Source: the human T2T-CHM13v2.0 reference genome, Homo sapiens
Length of the DNA stretch: 64,000 nucleotides
Assembly: GCF_009914755.1 (NCBI RefSeq)
Contig: NC_060936.1
Reading direction: 5' to 3' (one strand)
How positions within the stretch are numbered: the first letter of the stretch is position 1; each line of letters begins with the position of its first letter. Positions 1 to 14,594 of this stretch are shown piece by piece. The position numbers and the translations under genes were made by a program. The notes under the pieces are model-generated. The model was not told the origin of the DNA. It saw nothing but the letters and a program-made list of their open reading frames with translations, and made no database searches.

Positions 1-113
1 ACAAGATTTTCTCACTGTGTTGCCCAGGTTGGACTTGAACTCCTGGGCTCAAGCAGTCCTCCCGCCTCAGCCTCCCGATAGCTGGGACTATGGGCAAGTT
101 CCACCACACCCGC
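1..113 (-). mobile_element. Alu monomer (FLAM/AluJ-like) fragment at window edge
   Basis: tgttgcccaggttggacttgaactcctgggctcaagc...ctcagcctccc antisense Alu. Confidence 0.85.
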
Positions 114-908
114 ATTAGCCATTTTAAAAATGTGGATTCCATTGCTTTTTTCAGAGAGACAAAGTGGAATGGAAGCCATAGAACTTATTCAGATAGCTGG
201 ACCATTGAGAAAACTAATAGAGGACTTCAACTAAGGCAGGTTCTTCTATGTTCCAAGTCTTGTATGAATGAAAACTAGATCCATGCATAGGAGATAAATC
301 AAGCATGGGCTGTGAAAATGTTGGTAACTGGAAAAACACAAATTCACAAAGCTTTTGGCTAGTTTTTCTTTGTTTTATTAGGTTATCAATTGGCCTGAGA
401 TTTTCCCGAATAATTCAGCCACAGGAAAAAAAAAAAAAAGACAGAGAAAAAGCTTTTTGTTTTTTAACATTGTGACATTGTAAAAAGTTTCTGTGTCACA
501 GACTTGCACCAAGATGGTGTACTGACCTTTCTTGTGGAATGAATAGAACTGAGTTTAGAGTACTTTGAGTTACTTATAAATTCTTAAGTGTGCCTTCTAT
601 TTAAAACTTACAGTCATAAAGATAATAATAGAAGAGAAATAGCTAGGGTAATATGATTATACGGTCAGAATTTGGAAGTTTGAAGACTTATCTTCAAGTA
701 ATTTTAGATTAGAAAACTTGTGGGATTTTTTTTTTTGAATTTGACTTCAAGATCTCAGGGGATTTCTTTTTTTATTGACCCATTATTTGTGTTCCCCCTG
801 TTAGCTTAGATGGTGTGATATAGGCAACAACCTGATTTTTTTTGTTTAAAAATACATTATCTGATTTTTATTAAATCCCAGATATATGTTAATGTTAAAA
901 AATAAGTT

Positions 909-1233
<325 letters not shown>

Positions 1234-1909
1234 CTATGATAAGTAGTGAATATATTTATTTGTAAGACTAAAAGTAGACTCAGAATTAGTCTGAAAACCA
1301 CAGTAGTACTGGTTTTTTTTACACCTGTATTTGCCTTCATTTTCTTTTCTTTGTATTTCATGCATCTCAGCCTCTTCTCTTTTTGTATTTCATGCATCTC
1401 AGCCTATGCTTCTCTTCAGTGCGTGCCTGTAGTGCACATAAGTCTTCTAAGGATCAACTTTGTAACTGAACCAACTGGACTCCTGTCCAGGAGTTTATAC
1501 CCTTCTTGGCATCTCTCCTGCCCATTTGTTTAATCTTTCCAACTCATTTGATCCTCTAGTATTAGAGCTGACAGCTGCAGTTGCATATGGAGTTCATAAA
1601 GTAGCTGAATAATAAAATGTCATGACCCAGTTCTTGTATAGTTTCACTGATGACTAAATTGGCAACTCTTTTAATATTGAAATGGGAATGATCAAGCTGT
1701 GTACTTTTCTTTGGAAGTTCACGTATATTCAATGAGTACTTTTACCTCCTATGACTTTCCATAGCAGAAATGCTACAGACTTATTTGGCAGGTCAGGTGG
1801 AACATTATCTTGATTTTATAATTATCTTGATTTTACAAGAGGAAAGTTTATGTATAAAAGGGGTTGATGATTGATTCTGAGTGATACTGTATCTGCGAAC
1901 TCCTTGTAT

Positions 1910-2045
1910 AACAGGTGCTTATTGAGCACCTATTAGACACGGTGGTTTGTGTTATATACACATTATTCCTGATCCTGAGAAGAATCTTGTAAGATAGGTG
2001 ATATGACCCTATTTTTCGTGTGGAGAAAGTAAGCTCAATGAGGTT
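1910..2045 (-). mobile_element. MIR fragment
   Basis: ttattgagcacctatt...cctatttttcgtgtggagaaagtaagctcaatgaggtta resembles MIR core. Confidence 0.6.
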
Positions 2046-2069
2046 ATTTTATTTATATATTAAAAAAAT

Positions 2070-2470
2070 CAAGACTTTGGCCTATTAAAAACTTTTTTTG
2101 TCTTGTTGAGTTGTCTGAGTTCTTCATATATTCTGTATTGTCAGAATTATGAGCCAAACATGTTTTTCTCCTCTAAGGCTTTCTTTTTTATACTTGATAT
2201 CCTTTGAACAGTGATGTCCAGTTTCAGTCTTTTCCTTTACAGGTAGGTCTCTGTATCCTGTTTAAAAAATTTCGCCTACCTGAAGGTCATAAAGATATTT
2301 TCCTATAGTATTTCCAGAAGCTTTACTATTTTGCCTTTCACATTTAGGTCTATGATTCATCTGGAAATGATCTGCATGTATGATGAGAAGTAGGAGTGAA
2401 GATTCTTTTTTTGTCCCATTTGGAGTGACTATCCTTTGCCCACTATATTTTAGTGGCAACTTTGTAATTC
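2070..2470 (-). mobile_element. old L1M fragment
   Basis: ttcttcatatattctg ... ctttcacatttaggtctatgattcatctgga typical antisense L1M. Confidence 0.7.
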
Positions 2471-2649
2471 TACAGTTTTGACTAAAAATTCTGACATTTG
2501 ACATTTCCAGAATCTAAACTATCTCAGATGCTTTTTGTAGTTTTTCTTAAATTGTCTCAAGCATGGACTGTGTTTTCTATTTTATCTCAGCTAGCATAGT
2601 GAGATAAAATAGAAAATATATATTGTAGGAAAAGAGATTTTTATCAGTC

Positions 2650-2947
2650 TTTTTTTTTTTTTTTTTTTGAGATAGTCTTGCTCTGTTACCCAGACTGGAG
2701 TGCAGTGCTTGGATCTCGGCTCACTGCAACCTCCACCTCCCAGGTTCAAGCGATTATATCCTGCCTCAGCCTCCTGAGTAGCTGGGACTGCAGGTGCCTG
2801 CCACCATGCCCGGCTAATTTTTGTATTTTTAGCAAAGACAGGGTTTCACCATATTGGCCAGGCTGGTCTTGAACTCCTGACCTTGTGATCCACCCACCTC
2901 GGCCTCCCAAAGTGCTGGGATTACAGGCATGAGCCACCGCGCCTAGA
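2650..2947 (-). mobile_element. AluS, full length
   Basis: poly-T then antisense Alu; TSD ttat(c/t)agtctttt on both sides. Confidence 0.97.
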
Positions 2948-3384
2948 CTTATTAGTCTTTTTTAATGGGATGACAGCAGCTGGGATGTATATATTCCTGC
3001 AAGGAAAGAAAAGGAAATGGCTTCACATTGCTGGATGGGAGCAGTATGTGTGTTGTTTCTGGGTATAATCTTCCTAGCTGCACTTTTCCCATACATTTCT
3101 TTCTACTAAAAATCATGAAAGTTTGAATTATAGTTCCTCTCACAGGATTGAAAGCAAGTATCAGAGGAGTCATCCATTCAAAACACAGTTCTTCCACTGC
3201 AGTATCCGATATGTTTTGTATGTGCGCTAGGCTGTCTTTTCATTCAGTCTACAATACAGTTCACCAGTGTGGAGACCTTTTGCCCTGCCTGATTTGTTTT
3301 GTTTTGTTTTACTCACTCTTTTCAATGACTTTTGGTTTTGGCCAGTATGAAGAGTAATGGATGTTGGAATACCTTCTGCCAGTT

Positions 3385-3411
3385 AAAAAAAAAAAAAAAA
3401 AAAAAAAAAAA
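3385..3411 (+). repeat. (A)27 tract not attached to an Alu
   Basis: 27 consecutive A. Confidence 0.95.
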
Positions 3412-5889
3412 CTATAAAATTGGAAAGGTATATAAGCATTATAGGAATATTTAGAAACAAATTATGAAGATGTAAGCTTCCACCTTAAGGAAACAATTAA
3501 ACTCTAAGTAGAGAGAGAAAAGTTAAATAGCCCTACATGTACTAAAGAAAATGAATTTGCAATTTAAGATCTTCTAGTAAATAGTGCTGTGGTGTTCCCA
3601 GCCCAGGAACCACACTTTGACTATCATTGTCTTAGGCTTCTGAGGTCTACAAGCCTCCTTTAATTATCTGTGTGTGGTATAACATTCTTGGTAAATGTTT
3701 GTTGAATAGAATTGATTGTATGACATGGTACCAGGTACAGAAAGTCCCTTCCCTTGAAACACCTAATACTTGTTTTTAACCTTTTTTCGTTGGTAAGGAA
3801 CTTTTGTCCTTCTCTCTAATGCATTTCAGAAAATGTATATTCCTGCTGATATGGGAAAGGTTTCATTTCTTATGTTTGTGAAACTGTATCTGAATAAGAA
3901 TGCCTCAGGGTTTCCTTGGTACATATACGTCATATACATCATTATAGCCCATCATGAACATTGTGGGCTATAATGTTCCTAGGTATGCTACTTTAACTGA
4001 AAATCTTAAATCCTGTTTTATAAGTTAAACCAAAAATAACACTGATCCTCTTTCTAGCAATGGCAATTTGTTATTTTGCTCTGGGGGCAGTGGAAGGGTA
4101 GACTGGATTACGTCTCTGCATGCCTTTGCCTTTTCCCTGGCATTATAGTTCCTTCAAATACTGTGTTGTCCATTTTTAAAAGAAAAGAACCAAATTATAG
4201 CATCCCAATTGCTTGTTAACATTCATGAGTTTTATCCAGCATGAATCAGTATTCAGCTGATGGTTGAAATTTTTCTAAAGTGAACAGCATTTTGGAGACT
4301 ATTAAAAGCCTTTTTAGAAAGTCAGATAGTGACTCTGGACAATGAATTAGCTTAACCTGTAGGAGGAAACTGTACATCCGCTGAGAGGTCTTCTTTGAAT
4401 CAGGTGGCAAGCCTTCTTGGGCAGAGTGTTTATTTAAAGAAACTTGAAATGAATGTATTGACATTTATTGGGCTGTTACAGAAATTAGGTTCATAAACAG
4501 TGCCAACCTCTATGAAATAAAAGTTAATTAAGTGGCTTAATTACACATCAAAGTCCCCTTTTAACCCCAACTACCTGGCATGATTGAGAAAATATGAAGC
4601 AGACTCTTCTGTCAAAATCATTTCATAAAATTTGTTACAGAGTACAATATTCAGAAAAACCCTGATTCTGATATGTGTCACACAATAACTTTCAGAAATG
4701 CACCAAAATGCTGATTGTGATTATGTCTACATAGTGGTTTTATAGTGGATTTTAATTTCTTCTTTATATCAAAACAATTGATGTTAGTTGCAACTCATAT
4801 TTTAAGTATACTTACAAATATGTTCAACAGTGTGTATTTGAAATTGCTATAGTTTATTATAAAAGTGTTAAAGCAGGATGTACAATATGCTGCTTTATAA
4901 ACATAATATATTTGTGATATATTCATGTGTAGAGGTATATGAATGTATACCAAAATGATGGGAAAAGATATCATCAGGAGTCATCTCTAGATGATGGGAA
5001 ATAAGCTACGTTGGTTATATTTTTGGTTATTTCTCTTATTTTTTTTTGGTATAAAACCTTAATTCCTAGTTCATACAGTTTTTTAAAAAGCAATCTCAGC
5101 AAGCATGGGAATCAGTATTTCTTCTAGCTTTAGTAAAGGTGAAAAGCTGGTGCTGCCCGCACCTTGGACAGCCTTGCTTTCCAGGAACAGACAGTGAAGG
5201 TGGAACAGCCTCTAAGAGAATGTAGTTGGATGCTTATGGACTGGACAGCTATTATGGACACCCAGGCCTGCTGACTCTTTTTCAGTTTTCAAGGTGAAAA
5301 CTCTGGTCTGAGGTCATTGCATAGGGTTGGGATTTAGATGACTGCCATTTAGGTCACGAGATGTCTGGGTCACAGCCAGGAAGGTGGAAATCTAGCATCA
5401 AAGTCACTGGGCAGTCACCGTCCAGCTACCTGGCAATATAGCAGAGAAATAGGGAGATACGGAAAAAAGGGTTTTTGTTTTGTTTTCTTTTCCTTAGTTT
5501 TTTAAATGTTTCACCTGATTTCCAGTTTTGCTAAGAATGGACTTCTCTTTCAAGTTTCTTCAGAAAGCATGGAGAAAGTCAGTGACCTCTGCAGGGTCCT
5601 CATTGTTTCCCAGGCTGTCACGCCACTTTCCTTTGAGCCCTACTCTGTTGTCCTGGAGAAGGTGTGGTAATCTGATGAGCCAGGGTCATTAGTCCTGAGA
5701 CACAGGCTTACTGCCTGGCAGCTCATCAGGACTAGAAAGCATTCTTGCTGCTTGACCTGCTTCAGACACTTGCCACCCACCTCCACTCCATTAGCTCAGA
5801 TGTGTCAGTGACCCAGGTGCACGGTTACTTCCTGAATAACCAACAGTGGTGTAGCCCAGGCTTAGCGTTATCTTCATGCCTAGCCGTTT

Positions 5890-6290
5890 TTTATTTGTTC
5901 TTTCAGCAAAGATTTAATGAGCACCTACTGCATGCCAGACACTGGAGATTTCTTGGTAAACAAGACAAAGCCCCCTGTCCTTATGGATTTTACCTTTTAA
6001 GGTAGGAGCCAGAAATTAAAGTGAGTGAAAAAGAAACGTTCAATATAATGTTGGGCAGTGATACCTTAAACAACAAACAAGCCATTGGAATAGATAGAAA
6101 GTGACAGAGGTAGGAATAGTACTCCTATTTTCGATAGGGTGGTGGGGAAGGAAACACTCACCTGAGGAAGTGGCGTTCAGCAGATTTGAATGAAGTGCAC
6201 TGTAGAAACAAGAGGAAGATCTGGAAGAAAATGTCTTAGGTAGAGGGAACTGCAGATGTAAAGGGTCTGAGGCAGGAATGAGCTTTTGTA
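5890..6290. mobile_element. L2 fragment
   Basis: ttcagcaaagatttaatgagcacctactgcatgccagacactgg...ctgaggaagtggcgtt...tagagggaactgcagatgtaaaggg. Confidence 0.65.
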
Positions 6291-6332
6291 GTCAAACTTC
6301 GTCAGGGAAGTGTTTTCTAAGAGTTGATCTAG

Positions 6333-6582
6333 CTATGTTGCCCAGGCTGGAGTGCAGTGGTGTGATCAATGCAGCTTCAAATTCCTGTGCTCAGGCAATC
6401 CTCCTGCCTCAACCTTGCGAGTAGCTAGGACTACAGGTGTGTGCCACCACACCCAGCTAACTTTTTAATTTTATTTTATTTTATTTTTGTAGAGATGAGA
6501 TCTCGCTATGTTGTCCAGGCTAGTCTTGAACTCTGGTCTTGCATTTCTCCCTCCTTGGCCTCCCAGAGGTGCTGGGATTTCG
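6333..6582 (-). mobile_element. AluJ, partial
   Basis: antisense Alu with J-type gctcaggcaatcctcctgcc. Confidence 0.9.
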
Positions 6583-7339
6583 CAAAGAAGTGTTAAAATA
6601 CCTACACAGCTGTTCAATGGACCAATTTATGAGGGATGGTGAGGTCTTTTACCCACCTCCAGCCGTATAATCAGTAAAATATTATTTAGTTTGCTTTCTT
6701 ATTTACAGAGATTAAGAGCTTCTAGCCATTCAGTGGGATTCCATGTCTGAACTGATAATTTTATATTTTAAAAGTGAATTGCTGTGCAGTAATACCTAAA
6801 CACATTTACTGGTGATACCTGTTTTTATGAACATCTGTTCAGTGAACATTTATTGATCTTACCTGATTGATTGGATGTGATGGAGGAGACAGCAGGACAC
6901 AGAGTTGCTTAAGTGTTCAGAGTCCTAGAGAATCAGGAGAGTTGGTTGTGAGAAGGCCAGGGAGGAAAGGTCAAGAAAGAGGGCATGGTTGGCACCCAAG
7001 AGGGCCCAGGATGCAAGAACTGAACCCAACCTGTGGGTTTGGAGCTGAGATGTCACTGCTGGCCTTACTGGGAGCAGTGCCAGTTGAGTGCTTGGTCTGA
7101 CAGATGTGGCTGAGGAGTGAATAAGAGGTGAGAAGTGACTAGACCTCCCACCCTTTTGAGAAGCATGAAAGAGCAAGAAAGGAATGAGCATAGACAGCTT
7201 GACAGTAATGTGAGTGGAGCCAAGAGGTTTTTTTGTAAGAGGCTTCTGTGTTCTTGTTTTTTCATGTCAGGAAGTCAATTGTTTGTCATTCTGTCTTCAC
7301 AGAATTAACAGTTGCCCCCACCCCCATTTTTAAACATGT

Positions 7340-7550
7340 TTAATACTTCTTACAGCTGCATAGTTTCCAGATATTCAAAGAGGTTTCACCTGCATGATCT
7401 CATTGATCTTCCTGAGAGGATGGTACCAAATATTATGCCTGTTTATTTCTTAGAGGAAGGCCTCAAAGCTCAGAGATTGTGGCTTAGAAATCACCCTGCT
7501 AACAAGTTGTTTTGTCACATACTCTACCTAGCCCAGAGTTTGTGAACCTA
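7340..7550 (-). mobile_element. MIR fragment
   Basis: tattatgcctgtttatttcttagaggaaggcctcaaagctcagagatt. Confidence 0.5.
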
Positions 7551-7669
7551 TATTCACAGCATTAACTAATCATGATTCGCCCCATATTTCACTGGTTATG
7601 CTTTGGTTATCTTAGAAAAGAACCCAGGGCATTTATGAGGTAAAACTTGCAGGGCAGATTGCTTTTCAG

Positions 7670-8142
<473 letters not shown>

Positions 8143-10224
8143 TTACCTTCAAATGTCATAATTAGATACACCCCAGTCCTAGTCTCAAGGGACCCTTGCC
8201 CACAAACCTTGGCCACCCTCTCTTTTTAATACTTTATTCTTTCTGGGGTTTGGGCTTGGGGTAGAAAAGTAAAGTTAGGATTGATTTTAAAAGATCAGAT
8301 GAGAGGTCATAAATAAATCCCTGGTATCAACAATAAACATTCAACTGATCATTACATTTTTGCTGAATTTGCTTTGTCTCTTCAAAAATGCAACCCTGTA
8401 GAACTTGAGTGAAACAGTTTTTGTTTAACTTTGACCTAAAGCTATAGTTGTTTGCATGCTTTGGTCCTTTAGGATATTTTTTGAGCAGCAAGGATTAACC
8501 ATTCAGCATCGGGTTTTATCAGCACAAAACTTGAATTATCATAGTTTTTATTCTGGCCTGATCTCAGACCAAAAATACGAAGAGAAGGTTCATAATGTTG
8601 ATAATTTATTAGCTTTTGCAGAATGTCTGTGTGATGTATCTTTGCTGTTTACCTGGTACTATACATCTATTTTATCTTGTTAGCTCCTCTCCCCAACCCC
8701 CTACAACAAGAGTTAAAAGTCTTTATTTCTTATACATATCAAAAACTCATCAAGAAAAAGGGGTAGCATATGCTTTTATTGTCTGTGGAGTTTAGAATGG
8801 AACTTTGCATATTATAGAAGTCTCATTTATAGAACATTGTTTATTATTAGCCCTTTTCCTATTTTACACTCCACACGTATTTTAGATTTGTTAATGTAAT
8901 TAATACATAAACATAAATATACATATGTCCTACATATGTCCTTGTAGAGTCTTCACTTTCATATATTTCAGAAATTTTCTTAAGGAAAGAAGAATTAAAA
9001 TATCTAGATTCCAATTATCTATGAATCACTTTTTGAAAAAAAATATGGATAAGAATTAAGAGTGTGGAAGGCAGGGCCTAGGTGCTTGTGTAATTTCCTC
9101 CCACCTTTGTTTTAGAATCGATATTAAGGATTTGGAAGGATAGGGAATATTACTGTAATGAAAACAGTAACAAACAATCTAATGATGTGAATAACTAAAT
9201 CTCATTATTCTTATTTGACTAAGACACAATTATCTTTCAAATTTTAATTGAAAATATCCCTGGGGCATTGGTAGATCTGGGTGAGTTTTTTGATGGTTGG
9301 ACTTGAATAGAAAAGGGCTAAAAATATAAGACCTCCTCACATAGACTTTCCTAGTCAATGTTGGTTGTTTTTTTGGCAGTGTATACTTGGGCAAGTCCTG
9401 GAACAACAAGTACTTCTCTGAAATGCTAACCACATGAGAGGAATGATGGGCCACTAAAAAAGTTTCCATCAAATTAGGCTTTAGATTCTTAACCTTAACC
9501 CCTTGCAAACTGGGCAGAAAAGTTCAATTTATTAATATTTCAATGCATTTTATCTTCCTTATAAAGTACTCTGTACCCTGCAAATACATTTTTGCTCTAA
9601 ATCACTTTCATGAAACGAATTATAAAAACCCCATTAAATTAAAACAAAAAGTTTCATAGAATATTAACCAAAAATGCAAAATTATTGGTAATATATAGAA
9701 AATATCTAAGGAGATACCACCTCTTTATAGATACTGTATTTTGTGGTTTCAATGGTTAGCTCTGCTGTTTAGGCTTTTTGGGTTCACTGATATGTTTGAT
9801 CCCCGATTAGGAGAGGTAATTTGAGTCTGTTTCATAGTCACAGGCACCGCTAACAATATCTGGTCAATTTATAATACAAACCATTTGTCAAGAAGGAGTT
9901 TCGGAAAGCACGGAAAGAGAACATGGAAATACAAGTAAAACCAGTAGCAGAGCTCCTGGCATTTTTACTAAAAGTACATCCTAAATTGTGTGCCGTTGTG
10001 CAGGTACAATTGCCATTTCAACTGGTACTTGAACAATACCTCCTGCTCGAGCCTTTCAGTCATGCCACACGTAAGGGTAGTACGCAGATGTATGTTATTT
10101 TAAATTTTAATATGCTGTTTCCTTCTGGAAAATAAATGTTTCTTGTCTTTGCTACTTCAGCCTTTTTTCTTCTTCTCGACTCAGTGAGACTCTCCTCTAA
10201 CGTTTATTCTCATAATTTTAGAGC

Positions 10225-10360
10225 TGAAGAGACCTTTGGAGATGCTCTAAGCCAGCATCCTCCTTTTGTGACTGAAGAGCACAGGACCAGACAGAGTAAA
10301 TGGCTTGCCTGTGTCATAGGGCTGGCTAAACAGGAACTAGAGTCTAGGTTTCTGAATTTA
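10225..10360 (-). mobile_element. MIR/MIR3 fragment
   Basis: ttttagagctgaagagacctttggagatgctctaagcc...ggaactagagtctaggtttct. Confidence 0.55.
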
Positions 10361-10407
10361 TAATTAGGGAGTTGTCGTTGGACTTTGTAGAGGCTAAGGG
10401 CTTAAAC

Positions 10408-11275
<868 letters not shown>

Positions 11276-11877
11276 ACTGCCTGGGTAAAACCTCTTACAA
11301 AAGGAAAGAGAAAGGAGGAGTAACGGCAAATGGAATTAGGCATATTCAGCTGCGAAGGGAAATGGAACAACATTCCCAAGGTTATTCCATCTCTGCCTAG
11401 CTGGCACAATGGCTGCAACAGCAGATATTCAAGGCAAAGTTGCCGCCTGCGCAGTATTTGAGGAAGATAAATTATCAGGCTCCTGCTTCCAAAGCGGTTT
11501 TATCTTAAGAACCTTTATGGGGATTGTTGACTGTTGGTCACATGCCCTACCACTTAGGTTTCAGGCCCTATAATTAGATTCCGGGCAGTGTGGTTTGAGG
11601 GGATACTATAATGAAGACAATATCAGAACACTTGGAGGTGAACTTGGAGCTCCAGAGGACATTACTATTCCTTACTCACCTTTCATAGATCTGCCTTTAT
11701 TTTTCTTGTCTGAGTCATTTTTTCCCATGGAGTCAATTCTCTAAAAACTGTGAGCCAATTCTTTTTAGTTTTTTTATTGTCTCACTTGTTTGTAGATCTT
11801 CCCAAGAACATGGTGGAGTGAACATTAAAAAATATGTATAAGAGGAGTAAATATATTTTTAGAAGATTATAAAGTTA

Positions 11878-12279
<402 letters not shown>

Positions 12280-12359
12280 TCTTGTATATCATTGCAAATG
12301 CATACTGTTTATTCGTAGTGGGTATTCAGTTTTGTATTCTGTTTTTCCTCCCACTTCTG

Positions 12360-12981
<622 letters not shown>

Positions 12982-13340
12982 ATGACCATATTTTAATAAC
13001 TGCATGATAGTGTGTCAGTTGTGTATACATTAATATTTGCATCACCATTCTTCTAATTCTGGATTCTTAGGTACTTCTAAATTTGCACTAGAATTTTAAA
13101 ACAGTCTTTAGTCATTCATCAGATTTACTAAATTCACACTATGTTCAAGGACCTTGGCTTGCTGTTGACACAGGGTTCACAGTGGCACTGTCCCTGGTCT
13201 TGAGGTGCTCACAGTCTGAAGGAGAGATGTGTACAAATAACTGTGCCCTGTGGTAAACACCATCAGTGTCCAACTTATTGAGAAAGTGTAGAGGAGAGAA
13301 CAAAAATGTCAGACTCTGCCTAGAGAGCTCAGGGAAGTCA

Positions 13341-13526
13341 GCCCAGGCTGAAATACAGTGATGCAGTCATGGCTTACTACAGCCTTGGCCTCCTGGGCCC
13401 AAGCAATCCTCCCACTTCAGCCTTCTGTGTAGCTGGGACTACAGGTGCGCACCACCACACCTGGCTAATTTTTAAAAAAATTTTCTGTGGAGATAGGGTC
13501 TCACTGTGTTGCTCAGGCTGGTGTCA
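13341..13526 (-). mobile_element. AluJ internal fragment without tail, following an L2 remnant
   Basis: gcccaggctgaaatacagtg...gttgctcaggctgg. Confidence 0.85.
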
Positions 13527-14204
13527 ATAATGGACATTTTGAGTGCCTATAGTTTATATTTTCTAGATTTATAGTTTACCTCTAATAGTTGGTTTTTATG
13601 TGGTATATTTGGTTTTCAGCCAATTTTATCTTCCAAGGACTTAACCTCTGATTCCTTCATGAGGACCAGGGTGTGGGCAACTGTTCCTGCAGAATCAGTA
13701 TTTAACCTTCACATGGTGAAACAGATTAAACTCAGTACATAGTATAAAATTAAGATATTTTAATCCTGTAACTGGGTAAGACTCTAGATGAAAATTTTAA
13801 ATCCAGCACCGCCTCTCCCCACAAAGTTCAATTAACACGGTAAAAATGAATGTATGTTTGCCCAGAAATTATTATTTTATAACACAATTGATTTTTGAAA
13901 ACTTTATTTTCAAACTAACATTTTTTCCAAATTTGAGTATTATATTTGTTTTAAAAAATCCTTATAAAAGCAGTTTCAGTTCTGATGTGGATTGCAAATC
14001 ATAAAACAACTTGCTGATGAAGCTTAGATTTCTAGAATGCTTTATCTTTAGTTTTCAAGTTAACTTTGAGGTTTTATTTTCTGTTTGTCAAGTCAAGCCT
14101 CTTGTGACCTTTCTCCCTGAATGAGCAGAGTTAGCTATCTGAAATGTCAGGAGTTTGTACCACCAAGGGTAAATTTGCTGGAAAGCTTTTAGTTGGGCTG
14201 CACT

Positions 14205-14594
14205 GGCTTGTTTAAATAGCCAAACACCTGCTAGGCAAGCCCTGCGCATGTGAGTGGCTATATATGTTCCTTCCTTTAGGATTTGCAAGGCTGGAGCACA
14301 AAGACAGCGATTGTTACCCAATAAGCAGTAGTCACACACTTCTACCAATCGCCTTAGGAGGGCTGGTTACCATGGAATCCACCATCTGTTCACTCCCCAC
14401 CGGAATGTGATTATCCTTGCTGGGCTGGGAAGTGGGGAAAGCAGGGGAGCCTGTGCTGGGTGAGATTATCTGCAATGGACCGGGTTAATGGGAGGCTTGC
14501 TTTGGCTCGCTGGAAGAACAAATGAAGGGAGTTTTACTTCAACCATTTGTGACTTCTGGCCAAGAGGAATAAATTCAGCTTTTATAAGGTAAGT
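14205..14594 (+). promoter_or_regulatory. candidate alternative promoter / first exon ending at donor 14588
   Basis: MEF2-like GTTTAAATAG 14210, E-box CACCTG 14225, TATATAT 14259, TEAD GGAATG 14402, AAG|GTAAGT at 14588/14589; Alu-free context. Confidence 0.4.
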
